A stretch of DNA of 41,396 bases, taken from the IMG/VR virus record IMGVR_UViG_3300022177_000071, positions 1-41,396 of that record. One strand, written 5' to 3'. The notes under the pieces were generated by a model, which searched no databases, was not told the origin of the DNA, and worked only from the letters and a program-made list of their open reading frames with translations. Each line of letters opens with the position of its first letter. Position 1 is the stretch's first letter. Shown piece after piece: positions 16,406 through 25,775 of this stretch. Source of the DNA: a virus. Its lineage: Duplodnaviria > Caudoviricetes. The position numbers and the translations under genes are program-made.

Positions 16406-17203
16406 ATGAGCAAGTATGAAGGCATATCACCACTATTAAGGAAATTAGATCTTTTAAGGGAAGGTGAAGAATATACACTCTGCATTACAAAGCGAAATAA
16501 GATCAGGAAAAAGAAGATTAAGATATTGAAGTGCTATGATAATTACTACTTGGTTGTGACAAAAAATGGCTGGAAAGAAAGCATATTGAAAGGCGACATT
16601 ATGACAGAAGATTGCTATATTGAGGGCCTAGACATTAAAAACAGAGCAAGGGAAGCATTGTCCGAATTAGAAGCGAAAACCAAGGAGGATGAAAGCGTGA
16701 AGATAAAGAAAGATCAATGGGATAAGTTAATTGAGGATGGTCTTGAGTGGTTACTAAGAAACCCAGAAGAAGATTTAGATATTATTAAGCTAGGGAAAAG
16801 CCATAAGAGTGAGCTAAGCTATTATTTAAGAGCAAAGCTGAAGGAAGACATAGAACAAAGAGGCAAGGATAATGGATACAATATCACCATTGATGAGCAA
16901 AGCAGGCAGCTCGTTTATCATCCTGGAGAAGAAGAAAACAAAGCTGATGCAGTAATAGAGCATATTGTGACAGAAAGTGAAATTAAAATGGCAAAAGGCT
17001 CAGAAGTCGAAATAGATGAAATATCAGTAAACGAACCTGAAGTACTTTTGGATCCAACACCAGAAGAATGCCAATGCAAGTGTGGCAGATCTAAAGGTGA
17101 TGATATATTAATCAGACTTGAAGGACTAACTATAAAAGACCTACTACGATTGACAGGTGAAGGAGTCGTATTCGATATTATCGTAAGAAAACAAGTAAGT
17201 TGA
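16406..17203 (+). CDS. Hypothetical phage protein
   Basis: 265-aa ORF with GGAGGAG RBS. Confidence 0.7.
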   Translation: MSKYEGISPLLRKLDLLREGEEYTLCITKRNKIRKKKIKILKCYDNYYLVVTKNGWKESILKGDIMTEDCYIEGLDIKNRAREALSELEAKTKEDESVKIKKDQWDKLIEDGLEWLLRNPEEDLDIIKLGKSHKSELSYYLRAKLKEDIEQRGKDNGYNITIDEQSRQLVYHPGEEENKADAVIEHIVTESEIKMAKGSEVEIDEISVNEPEVLLDPTPEECQCKCGRSKGDDILIRLEGLTIKDLLRLTGEGVVFDIIVRKQVS

Positions 17204-17215
17204 ATGGAGGAAATC

Positions 17216-17356
17216 ATGGTATGCCTTATGATTCCATTCAATTGCTTCAAAGAAAAAATTCTGATCACCAAAGAGTACGACGGCAAGGGTAAAATGGAGA
17301 TAATTGATAATAAGTATGTCATGGTACTGATCGATGACGGCAATGAAGTGCAATAG
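17216..17356 (+). CDS. Small hypothetical protein (46 aa)
   Basis: GGAGG RBS, ATG 17216 to TAG 17356, fills gap in operon. Confidence 0.5.
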   Translation: MVCLMIPFNCFKEKILITKEYDGKGKMEIIDNKYVMVLIDDGNEVQ

Positions 17357-17381
17357 AACATTTATTCAAGGGAGGAGTTCA

Positions 17382-17837
17382 ATGCCGGATGAGATAATCA
17401 AAAGCTATCAAGAATTATGCGATGAAATTGAGATCTGGAAAAGCAGAGTAAGAGCTTATCAAGCTGAAATTAGAGCTCTGAACCAGCTTGCTAGTATATA
17501 TGGTCCATCAGATATTAGTGGAATCGACTATTCAAAGCCCAGGGTAAAGAAAACATCAAACATTGGATTTGAGGAATATTTATTAAGGTTATACCAGATA
17601 GAAGCTCATATCAAAGTATATGAAGCAACTATCGAGATGATGAAGCAGTCAAAAGAGGATATTGAAAAAAAGATAGAAGCTATGTCCGGTGTTGATAAGA
17701 AAGTTGTATATCTTAGAGATATTAAGGGTATGACCTTGAAAGATATAGCTGATCAACTAGGCTATAGCCATCAGTACATTAAAGAGATATCAGCTAGAAA
17801 TAAACCTACTGAATACATACCGACAAAGCCAAAATGA
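17382..17837 (+). CDS. Late transcriptional activator (ArpU/RinA-like, sigma region-4 type HTH)
   Basis: IDYSKPRV motif; C-terminal MTLKDIADQLGYSHQYIK; last early gene before packaging module. Confidence 0.75.
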   Translation: MPDEIIKSYQELCDEIEIWKSRVRAYQAEIRALNQLASIYGPSDISGIDYSKPRVKKTSNIGFEEYLLRLYQIEAHIKVYEATIEMMKQSKEDIEKKIEAMSGVDKKVVYLRDIKGMTLKDIADQLGYSHQYIKEISARNKPTEYIPTKPK

Positions 17838-17876
17838 TGTGCTATGATAGTATTAACCAAAAATATAAAACTAAGC

Positions 17877-17915
17877 AAATCCCGTTGATTGTAACTCGAC
17901 GGGATTTTATTATGC
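17877..17915 (+). terminator. Terminator-like hairpin ahead of the packaging operon
   Basis: AAATCCCGTTGA-TTGTAAC-TCGACGGGATTT then TATTATGC. Confidence 0.7.
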
Positions 17916-17945
17916 CATATACCATAAAAGAAAGATGGTGAGGAT

Positions 17946-18158
17946 ATGTATATTACCTATAGGTGTCTTGTATGCGGTACTGAGTTTATCATGCCAACAG
18001 AGACACTTTGCATAGCAGAGAAGGAAGGAAGATACATAGCCTGCCCTCTAGGACACAAACATGTAGTAATAGCAGGCAGATTTGACGATCTTAAAGAATG
18101 TATGGAAAAGCAACATGTCTATAAGAGAGAGGGCGGGAGGATGCGTCAAGTAAAATAA
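17946..18158 (+). CDS. Small zinc-ribbon-like protein
   Basis: CLVC...CPLGH. Confidence 0.65.
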   Translation: MYITYRCLVCGTEFIMPTETLCIAEKEGRYIACPLGHKHVVIAGRFDDLKECMEKQHVYKREGGRMRQVK

Positions 18159-18168
18159 GAAAAGGCAG

Positions 18169-18612
18169 GTGAGCATTGTGAAGCTTACAGTAAAACAAAA
18201 GGCATTTGCTGATTACTACATTGAGCTGGGCAATGCCACTGAAGCAACTAAGAAAGCGGGATATAGCCACAAGACAGCAAACAGGATTGCAACAGAAAAC
18301 TTGTCAAAACTTGTCATTCGCGAGTATATCGACGAAAGACTCAAACAAATAGAGGATGATCGTATTGCCGACGCTGCTGAAGTTCTCAAATACCTAACAA
18401 GTGTATTGCGTGGAGAATCAGAGTCTGAAATTGTCGTCGTTGAAGGAACTGGTGACGGCTGCTCTGAGGCAAGACGTTTATCGAAAACTCCTGATGAAAA
18501 GGAGAGATTAAAAGCGGCAGAGCTTCTTGCCAAAAGATATGGGATCCTGACTGAGAATTACAACATCAGGGACGTCACACCAGTGGTGATCAAGGATGAC
18601 ATATCAGAATAA
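18169..18612 (+). CDS. terS: Terminase small subunit
   Basis: LTVKQKAFADYYIELGNATEA...AGYS, ERLKAAELLAKRYG. Confidence 0.92.
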   Translation: MSIVKLTVKQKAFADYYIELGNATEATKKAGYSHKTANRIATENLSKLVIREYIDERLKQIEDDRIADAAEVLKYLTSVLRGESESEIVVVEGTGDGCSEARRLSKTPDEKERLKAAELLAKRYGILTENYNIRDVTPVVIKDDISE

Positions 18613-19861
18613 GAGGGTCATCTCACTGCAACAGACGGTCGGCAAAGGCTATGCGCAGTTCTGGCATTTCAAAGGCAGATATAGAGTAGTGAAGGGTTCG
18701 AGGGCGTCCAAGAAGTCAAAGACGGCAGCGCTTTGGTATGTAACGAAGATTATGGAGCATAAGGGTGCAAATCTATTAGTAATTAGAAAGACCTTCAGGA
18801 CATTGAAAGGTTCCTGCTACACTGAGCTTAAATGGGCCATAAAGAGATTAGGCGTAGAGGAATTTTGGGACGTCCCAAAATCAGAGTTGGAAATGACTTA
18901 CCTTCCAACAGGGCAGAAGATATATTTCCGAGGCCTTGATGATCCGCTTAAGGTCACATCAATTACAGTAGAAGTAGGATCTCTTTGCTGGCTTTGGATA
19001 GAGGAAGCCTACGAGATCATGAAGGAAGAAGATTTCGACATTCTGGATGAGACCATCAGGGGCCAAGTCGAGGAAGGGCTATTCAAGCAAGTGACTCTGA
19101 CCTTTAACCCGTGGAACGAGCATCACTGGATAAAGAAGAGATTCTTTGACGCTCCTCCTGATCCGGACATACTGGTTATGACCACCAACTACTTATGCAA
19201 CGAATGGCTGGATGAAGCAGACAAAAAGGTATTTGAGACAATGAAGAAAAACAATCCCAGGCGTTACCGCGTTGCGGGCCTTGGTGAATGGGGCATTGTA
19301 GAGGGTGTAGTATTTGAAAATTGGGAAGAGGGATATTTTGATCACACATCCGATGAATTTAAGAAGCAGCATCCAGGGATAAAGTCTGCTTTTGGACTCG
19401 ACTTCGGGTATACAAACGATCCTTCTGCACTTTGGTGCGGGCTTGTCGATCTACAGAAAAAGGAGATATTCGTCTTTGATGAGATGTATCAGCAGGGAAT
19501 GTCCAACGAGGCGATATACAAAGAGATATATGAGATGGGATACGCGAAGGAACGGATAAGAGCTGACTCTGCTGAACCAAAGTCGATAGACAGACTCAGA
19601 GAGCTTGGACTCGTAAATATGAAGGCCGCAAGAAAAGGGAAGGACAGCGTAAATCACGGCATTGATTATATTCAGGACTTTAAAATCATAATTCATCCCC
19701 GGTGTGTAAACTTTATAACTGAAATAAGCAATTACACCTGGGATACAGATAAATTTGGACGACGTATAAATAAACCTATAGACGACTTTAACCACCTGAT
19801 GGACGCAATGAGGTATGGGATGGAAGAGTTTAGCATGGGCGAGATTTTCAGCTTTGATTAA
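18596..19861 (+). CDS. terL: Terminase large subunit, PBSX family
   Basis: KGSRASKKS, WIEEA, TFNP, GLDFGY, NHLMDAMRY. Confidence 0.95.
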   Translation: MTYQNKRVISLQQTVGKGYAQFWHFKGRYRVVKGSRASKKSKTAALWYVTKIMEHKGANLLVIRKTFRTLKGSCYTELKWAIKRLGVEEFWDVPKSELEMTYLPTGQKIYFRGLDDPLKVTSITVEVGSLCWLWIEEAYEIMKEEDFDILDETIRGQVEEGLFKQVTLTFNPWNEHHWIKKRFFDAPPDPDILVMTTNYLCNEWLDEADKKVFETMKKNNPRRYRVAGLGEWGIVEGVVFENWEEGYFDHTSDEFKKQHPGIKSAFGLDFGYTNDPSALWCGLVDLQKKEIFVFDEMYQQGMSNEAIYKEIYEMGYAKERIRADSAEPKSIDRLRELGLVNMKAARKGKDSVNHGIDYIQDFKIIIHPRCVNFITEISNYTWDTDKFGRRINKPIDDFNHLMDAMRYGMEEFSMGEIFSFD

Positions 19862-19872
19862 TAGGTAAAGGG

Positions 19873-21378
19873 GTGACGCCGTTGTTTTTCAATTATTCAG
19901 ATTCAGGAATAATCAATAACATGATAGCAAACGGAGCTAAGACAGCTTTAACAGACATCCAATTTCTGGAGCTTGAGATTGCCAAGTGGAAGAGATCAGA
20001 TAAAAGAAAGTCTCAAATATCTGGCGAGAGATACTATAGAGGTTTACACGATATACTTGAGCGTAAGAGAACCATAATAGGTGTAGATGGACTATTGCAG
20101 GAAGTCGAGAACTTACCAAATAACAGAATAGTCGATAATCAGTACGCTAAGATGGTGGATCAAAAGAAAAACTATCTTCTGGGGCAACCTTTGACCTTTG
20201 GCACCGAAGACAAGAACTATGAGGATGCCTTGAATGAGGTGTTCAATATGAGGTTTCATAGGACACTTAAGAATTTAGGTGAGGATGCCCTTAATGGTGG
20301 GATAGGATGGCTGCATCCTTACTATAACGAGCAAGGCGAACTTAAGTTCAAGAAGTTTGAGCCCTATGAGATACTACCATTCTGGAAGGATGCTGAGCAT
20401 ACAGAGCTGGATTACGCAGCCCGTGTATACGAGGTCCAAGTGTATGAAGGCAGGCAGGAAAAGACCGTTGAAAAGGTGGAGGTCTACACTAAAAACGGGA
20501 TAGATCGCTACGTGCTTATTAATGGATCTCTCATACCAGATGTTGAGGAACCTTCAAGTAACTACCTGATGATCGAGGACGAGGATGGAGTGTTGCAGGG
20601 GTTCAACTGGGAAGGCAAGATACCTCTCATTCCTTTTAAGTATAATAATAAAGAGATCCCGCTGATCACTCGAGTGAAATCTCTTCAAGATGGAATCAAC
20701 ACGATGTTGTCTGACTTTGAAAACAATATGCAGGAGGATGCAAGAAACACGATCCTTGTAATTGAGAACTATGATGGAACGAATCTGGCAGAGTTCAGGC
20801 ATAACCTTGCAACGTATGGTGCTGTTAAGGTCAAGAGCGTTGATGGAGCTAAGGGTGGTGTTACTACCTTGACTGTGACGGTGGATGCTGACAATTATAA
20901 GGCCATCATAGAAATATTCAAGAAGGCTCTTATAGAAAACGCAAGAGGATATGATGCCAAAGACGATAGAATGAATGGCGAGCCGAACCAGATGAATATC
21001 CAGAGCATGTACAACGACATCGACCTTGACGCAAATGAAATGGAGACAGAGTTCCAGGCATCCTTCGAAGAGCTATTATGGTTTATCAATGCGCATCTAT
21101 TCAACAAGGGGAAGGGAGATTTTACAGGCACGGATATTGAGATCATATTCAATCGAGATATGATGATGAACGAGTCTGAAGTAATAGACAATTGCTCCAA
21201 ATCAGTCGGGATCCTATCCAATGAAACAATCATAAGTCAGCATCCATGGGTAGATGATGTCGATAGAGAGATACAGCGAGTTAAGGATGAGAAAAAGGAA
21301 GCTATAGAGGAGTATAGCAATGCATTTGCACCGGTAATGCCTTCTGGAATGGATGGCGGTGAAGGTAATGAAGAATAA
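19873..21378 (+). CDS. Portal protein, SPP1 gp6-like
   Basis: 501 aa after terL; YYRGLHDIL, IPLIPFKYN, SNETIISQHPWV. Confidence 0.92.
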   Translation: MTPLFFNYSDSGIINNMIANGAKTALTDIQFLELEIAKWKRSDKRKSQISGERYYRGLHDILERKRTIIGVDGLLQEVENLPNNRIVDNQYAKMVDQKKNYLLGQPLTFGTEDKNYEDALNEVFNMRFHRTLKNLGEDALNGGIGWLHPYYNEQGELKFKKFEPYEILPFWKDAEHTELDYAARVYEVQVYEGRQEKTVEKVEVYTKNGIDRYVLINGSLIPDVEEPSSNYLMIEDEDGVLQGFNWEGKIPLIPFKYNNKEIPLITRVKSLQDGINTMLSDFENNMQEDARNTILVIENYDGTNLAEFRHNLATYGAVKVKSVDGAKGGVTTLTVTVDADNYKAIIEIFKKALIENARGYDAKDDRMNGEPNQMNIQSMYNDIDLDANEMETEFQASFEELLWFINAHLFNKGKGDFTGTDIEIIFNRDMMMNESEVIDNCSKSVGILSNETIISQHPWVDDVDREIQRVKDEKKEAIEEYSNAFAPVMPSGMDGGEGNEE

Positions 21379-22693
21379 TGCATATTGGCAAGAGAGGATG
21401 GTCCTACTTGAAGGGGCTCTATTAAGCAAAGGGCAGAAGTATCTTCAGGACATTGAGCGGGAATACAGAACTGCTGCAATAAGCATTGAGAAGGATATTG
21501 CTCGATGGTATCAACGTTTTGCAGACAATAACTTAATTAATATGGCAGAGGCTAAAAGACTTCTTAACACTAAAGAGCTTGAGGAGTTCAAATGGAGTAT
21601 TTATGACTACATCAAGTATGGAGAAGAGAATGCTCTAAACGGCCGATGGATGAAGCAGCTTGAAAATGCATCAGCACGAGTGCACATTTCTCGCCTCGAG
21701 TCATTAAGACTGCAGATGCAGCATCAGGTCGAGGTCCTATACGGTAATCAAGTGGATGATATTGACAAGCTGATGAGAAAAGTCTACCAGGATGGGTATT
21801 ATCATACAGCCTGGGAAATACAAAAGGGATTTAATATCGGTTGGAGTCTTCACGCTATCGAAAAAGGGAAACTCGACAGGATCATAAGTAAGCCTTGGTC
21901 GGCAGATGGGAAAACCTTCAGTCAAAGGCTATGGGACAACCAACTAAGTCTCATTACTAACCTCCAGACAGATTTAACGCAATCAGTGATCACAGGCAAG
22001 AACCCTAAAGACCTGATTAATGGGATGGCCGCAAGACTAAATAAAGACAAGAATAAGACCGGCAGGTTGGTAATGACAGAGGCTGCAGCCTTCTCATCTG
22101 CAGCACAAAAGGATTGCTACAATGATCTTGACGTCGAGAGATATGAAATAGTGGCCACGCTCGACAATCACACATCAGAGATATGCCAGGACCTTGATGG
22201 TGAGGTCTTTGACATGAAGGACTATGAGGTCGGCTCAACAGCTCCTCCATTCCATCCTTGGTGCAGAACTGTGACAGCTCCATATTTTGATGATAACTAC
22301 GGTGAGCGTATCGCACGGGATTTAGCTGGGAAGACTTATTATGTACCAAGTGACATGAAGTATAAAGAGTGGAAAGAAGCTTTTGTGGATAATGGAAGTA
22401 ATAGCATTAATTTGATTATTGGAACCAAGACAATTACGGATATTACTATTTCAGGAGTTTCGAACCATGCAACTCAAAGGGCATTTGAAAGAGGTATTAC
22501 CAATAAAGATATTGTTAATGCTTTGCAAAATCCACTCAAAATTGGTAAAATAAAACAAAGCACTAATGGTGTAAACCAAGAGTTTCTTGGTGAAGTAGCA
22601 AGGGTTCATGTCAATCCTGAAACGGGTAAAATAATCACTCTTTGGAAAACAAGTTCGAAAAAACTGAAGAAGTTGAAAGATGGTGGGAAATAA
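21368..22693 (+). CDS. MuF/SPP1 gp7-like minor head protein with C-terminal toxin-like extension
   Basis: ATLDNHTSEICQDLDG and PPFHPWCR MuF motifs; extra ~100-aa basic domain (SNHATQRAFERGIT...VNPETGKIITLW). Confidence 0.85.
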   Translation: MKNNAYWQERMVLLEGALLSKGQKYLQDIEREYRTAAISIEKDIARWYQRFADNNLINMAEAKRLLNTKELEEFKWSIYDYIKYGEENALNGRWMKQLENASARVHISRLESLRLQMQHQVEVLYGNQVDDIDKLMRKVYQDGYYHTAWEIQKGFNIGWSLHAIEKGKLDRIISKPWSADGKTFSQRLWDNQLSLITNLQTDLTQSVITGKNPKDLINGMAARLNKDKNKTGRLVMTEAAAFSSAAQKDCYNDLDVERYEIVATLDNHTSEICQDLDGEVFDMKDYEVGSTAPPFHPWCRTVTAPYFDDNYGERIARDLAGKTYYVPSDMKYKEWKEAFVDNGSNSINLIIGTKTITDITISGVSNHATQRAFERGITNKDIVNALQNPLKIGKIKQSTNGVNQEFLGEVARVHVNPETGKIITLWKTSSKKLKKLKDGGK

Positions 22694-22902
22694 TGAAAAT
22701 TGACTTTAGTCCTGAACAGGTGAAATTATTGGAGAATCTGGATCTAAGTTTTGATATTGATGATGATCTTTCGGATGATGACATTGATGAATTGGATGAC
22801 AAGGTTTCCGATTATTTTTCATCAAATTGTATAAGCTCTGATGAGGTTACTGAAGAAGGCATAGTCTGTGAAAGCATCATGGACTTAATAGGTGAATTAT
22901 AA
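22693..22902 (+). CDS. Small acidic protein, candidate cognate immunity protein
   Basis: TAATG coupling to muF; strongly D/E-rich 69 aa. Confidence 0.6.
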   Translation: MKIDFSPEQVKLLENLDLSFDIDDDLSDDDIDELDDKVSDYFSSNCISSDEVTEEGIVCESIMDLIGEL

Positions 22903-22946
22903 GATTGTGTTAGTAGAGAACCTGCTAAAGAGGTGGTGATCAAGGT

Positions 22947-23207
22947 ATGAAGGCGAGGTATGTAGGGGCTACTATAGGAGTGATGACGTTAACCTCAAAC
23001 AAGATATATGATATACTCAGGGTTGAAGAGGACATGTTCAGAGTTGTGGATGATGATCCCAACGAACCAGAAGGATATTTGTACGATCCTGTAAATCCAG
23101 GGAACGTATCAGGCACAGTATTTGGGAAGTGGGAGATAGTCGAAGATGATGAAAATGGGATACTCCGTAGAACAATCGATAGATTGACCACATCCGCTCA
23201 AAATTAA
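22947..23207 (+). CDS. Small protein, candidate orphan immunity protein
   Basis: 86 aa between muF and scaffold; IYDIL...FRVVDD...GYLY. Confidence 0.55.
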   Translation: MKARYVGATIGVMTLTSNKIYDILRVEEDMFRVVDDDPNEPEGYLYDPVNPGNVSGTVFGKWEIVEDDENGILRRTIDRLTTSAQN

Positions 23208-23220
23208 ATACCACAAATCA

Positions 23221-23254
23221 AAGCACTTGCACAATGCAGGTGCTTTTGTTATGC
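23221..23254 (+). terminator. Intrinsic terminator
   Basis: AAGCACTTGCA-CAA-TGCAGGTGCTT then TTGTTATGC. Confidence 0.75.
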
Positions 23255-23283
23255 AAAATATCAGGCAATAAAGGTTTAAATAT

Positions 23284-23346
23284 CGTCTGTTTGGTATTTA
23301 AGACGTTAAATCAAAAGACAAATGACGTGGACTGAACCACGCTAAA
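23284..23346 (+). promoter_or_regulatory. Structured leader of scaffold gene (GP20-type RNA motif candidate)
   Basis: Hairpins CGTCT..AGACG and CGTGG..CCACG, each followed by (T/C)TAAA. Confidence 0.5.
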
Positions 23347-23371
23347 ATAATGTATTTGAAAGGAGATAAAT

Positions 23372-23950
23372 ATGAAAAAAGAAGATTTTGTAAAACTGGG
23401 ATTACCAGAAGATATGGCAGAAAAAGCAGCACAAGCTTCAACTGAAGAGCTTAAAGGGTTTATTCCTAAGACGAGATTTGACGAGGTCAACGATGCTAAG
23501 AAGAAGCTGGAGGATGACATCAAGTCAAGGGACCAGCAGCTTGAAGATCTAAAGAAAATCGATGCTGAAGGGCTCAAGGCTAAGATCGAGAAGCTTCAGG
23601 GTGATAATCAAGCAGCCAAGGCAACCTATGAGGCAGAGCTCAAGCAAATAAAACTTGATGCTGCAGTTGAGAAGGCGCTGTTAGGTGCAAACGCGAAGAA
23701 TGTCAAAGCAGTAAAAGCGCTTTTAGATCTAAGTAATGCAGAGCTTGAAGGAGAATCAGTCAAAGGTCTGGAGGACCAGCTTAAGAAGCTTCAGGAAGCA
23801 GAGGACTCAAAATTCTTATTCAATACTGATTCTGGTAAAGGGAAATTTAAGGGCTTCGTTCCAGGAGAGAAAAAGGACGGTACCCCGGGATCCGGAGGAA
23901 CTGGAGGGACCTTAGCAGACGCTATAAGGGCAAGATTAGAGGGCGAATAA
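23372..23950 (+). CDS. Capsid scaffolding protein (GP20 family)
   Basis: FIPKTRFDEVN, coiled coil, AKNVKAVKALLD, FLF. Confidence 0.9.
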   Translation: MKKEDFVKLGLPEDMAEKAAQASTEELKGFIPKTRFDEVNDAKKKLEDDIKSRDQQLEDLKKIDAEGLKAKIEKLQGDNQAAKATYEAELKQIKLDAAVEKALLGANAKNVKAVKALLDLSNAELEGESVKGLEDQLKKLQEAEDSKFLFNTDSGKGKFKGFVPGEKKDGTPGSGGTGGTLADAIRARLEGE

Positions 23951-23971
23951 AACTAGAAAGGTGGAATAATA

Positions 23972-24928
23972 ATGGCAGTTACACTATTACAGGCGAAGTT
24001 AAACGTACAAGACGATCTTCAGATGGGAGTTATTGATGAGTTTGCGAAATCAAGCTTCCTGTTCAACAATATCACTTTTGATGATGTAGTATCACCAACC
24101 GGAGGAGGAGCAACTCTTACTTACGGTTACACTAGACTGATCACTCAGCCTACAGCAGCATTCAGAGCAATAAACAACGAGTACCAAGCACAGGAAGTTA
24201 CAAGACAAAGATACACCACTGACCTTAAGGTATTTGGTGGGTCTTTTGAGATCGACAGAGTAATAGCTAACATGGGTGGTATCGTCAGCGAGGTGGACCT
24301 TCAAATCAAGCAGAAGGCTAAAGCAGCTGCAGCACTTTTCAATGATACGATCATCAATGGAGACAGCGCAGTTGACGCTAACGCATTTGATGGACTTGAG
24401 AAGGCTTTGACTGGCTCCTCCACTGAGTACACTCCCGGAGCAGCTATAGACCTTTCTACTTCTGCATTGGTGGATACAAACTACAAGGTATTCCTCGATA
24501 CTCTTGACGAGTTTCTAATGGGCCTTGATGGTACTCCATCAGCTATCATGGGCAACACTAAGCTTATCGCTAAGATAAGAGCGGTTGCAAGAAGAGCAGG
24601 GATGTACATGATCAAGCCAAATGAGTTTGGACAAAATGTCGAGTTTTACGGAGTAACTCCGCTTGTCGATCTAGGTGCAAAAGCTGGATCCAATAATCCT
24701 GTTGTTGGAGTAGACGTTGCAACTGGCGAGACTTCTCTATATGCTGTAAGACTTGGTATGGACGGCTTCCATGGAGTGTCTATGTCCGGAGTAGCTCCAG
24801 TAAGCATCTGGCTGCCTGACTTCAAGACTGCCGGAGCAGTTAAGAAGGGTGAGGTTGAGATGGTTGCAGCTGTTGCCCTTAAGGCTACTAAGGCAGCTGG
24901 AGTCTTGAGAAAAATCAAGGTTCAGTAA
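23972..24928 (+). CDS. Major capsid protein
   Basis: 318 aa after scaffold; INGD...FDGL motif. Confidence 0.88.
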   Translation: MAVTLLQAKLNVQDDLQMGVIDEFAKSSFLFNNITFDDVVSPTGGGATLTYGYTRLITQPTAAFRAINNEYQAQEVTRQRYTTDLKVFGGSFEIDRVIANMGGIVSEVDLQIKQKAKAAAALFNDTIINGDSAVDANAFDGLEKALTGSSTEYTPGAAIDLSTSALVDTNYKVFLDTLDEFLMGLDGTPSAIMGNTKLIAKIRAVARRAGMYMIKPNEFGQNVEFYGVTPLVDLGAKAGSNNPVVGVDVATGETSLYAVRLGMDGFHGVSMSGVAPVSIWLPDFKTAGAVKKGEVEMVAAVALKATKAAGVLRKIKVQ

Positions 24929-24950
24929 TTAAAGAAAGGAGCATTGCTCT

Positions 24951-25523
24951 ATGGCAAGAATATATTCTGTAAATCAAAACCATAACTGTGACTATGGTGT
25001 TGACTTCTATTATGGCGCTGCTGCTGTGCCCGATGCTGAAACTGTTCTGCTTGCGTGGTTTACTGCTAAGGGCTATACAGTAGTTGCTGGTTCTGATACC
25101 CTGTCCCCTTGGGATTATCTTCCTGTATCGGAGCTAATAAAGTTTGCACCATACATCGGCGTCGTTCCTGCTGGCATGACTAAGGCGGCTCTTGTAGCTG
25201 CTTTTGAGACCGCTTTGATCACGCTGATGAAAATCGAGATAACTGAGTTCGATGCACTTCCCGATGTAGACGGCGGGACTGTTGCGGAACCTGTATATGC
25301 AGATGCGGCTGCAGTAAAAGCAGCTCTTCCTACATCTGTAACTGCAACCTTCGATGATGGCATCAAAGCTACTGTCCCGGTCGCAGCTTGGGTCGATACT
25401 GATACCTATGATAAAGAGGCTGCTGCAAAGTACACCTTCACTGCTACCCTCGGCACGTTGCCACTACCTTTTGCGAATACTGCTGCGGTAACTTCTACTG
25501 TAGAGGTCGAGGTGAAAGCCTAA
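24951..25523 (+). CDS. Putative head decoration protein with C-terminal Ig-like (Big-type) domain
   Basis: LPTSVTATFDDG...VPVAAW...YD...YTFTATL; N-terminus resembles the next gene product. Confidence 0.65.
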   Translation: MARIYSVNQNHNCDYGVDFYYGAAAVPDAETVLLAWFTAKGYTVVAGSDTLSPWDYLPVSELIKFAPYIGVVPAGMTKAALVAAFETALITLMKIEITEFDALPDVDGGTVAEPVYADAAAVKAALPTSVTATFDDGIKATVPVAAWVDTDTYDKEAAAKYTFTATLGTLPLPFANTAAVTSTVEVEVKA

Positions 25524-25759
25524 TGGCTAAGGTAAAAGCCCCAAACACTGAATATAACGGAATATCAGCAGGAGTAAAGTTTACTCAAGGGATCGGTGAA
25601 TGCACTGATCCCTACCTGCTTACGTGGTTCAAAGACAAAGGATATGATATAGAGGAAACAATGGAGGAATCGTTTATCATGGATGTCGAGGTGGTCAAGG
25701 ATCAACTCGATGATTTGGAAAAGACATCTCCTCCTAAAACTAAACGTGGTAGAAAATAA
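25523..25759 (+). CDS. Small head-associated protein
   Basis: TAATG coupling; position after capsid. Confidence 0.65.
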   Translation: MAKVKAPNTEYNGISAGVKFTQGIGECTDPYLLTWFKDKGYDIEETMEESFIMDVEVVKDQLDDLEKTSPPKTKRGRK

Positions 25760-25775
25760 AGGATGGTGATGAGAC

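Noticed and set aside
24900-24960. Frameshift or read-through fusing capsid to the Ig-like protein
   Set aside because: The downstream gene has its own AAAGGAG RBS and ATG; no clear slippery heptamer at the capsid end
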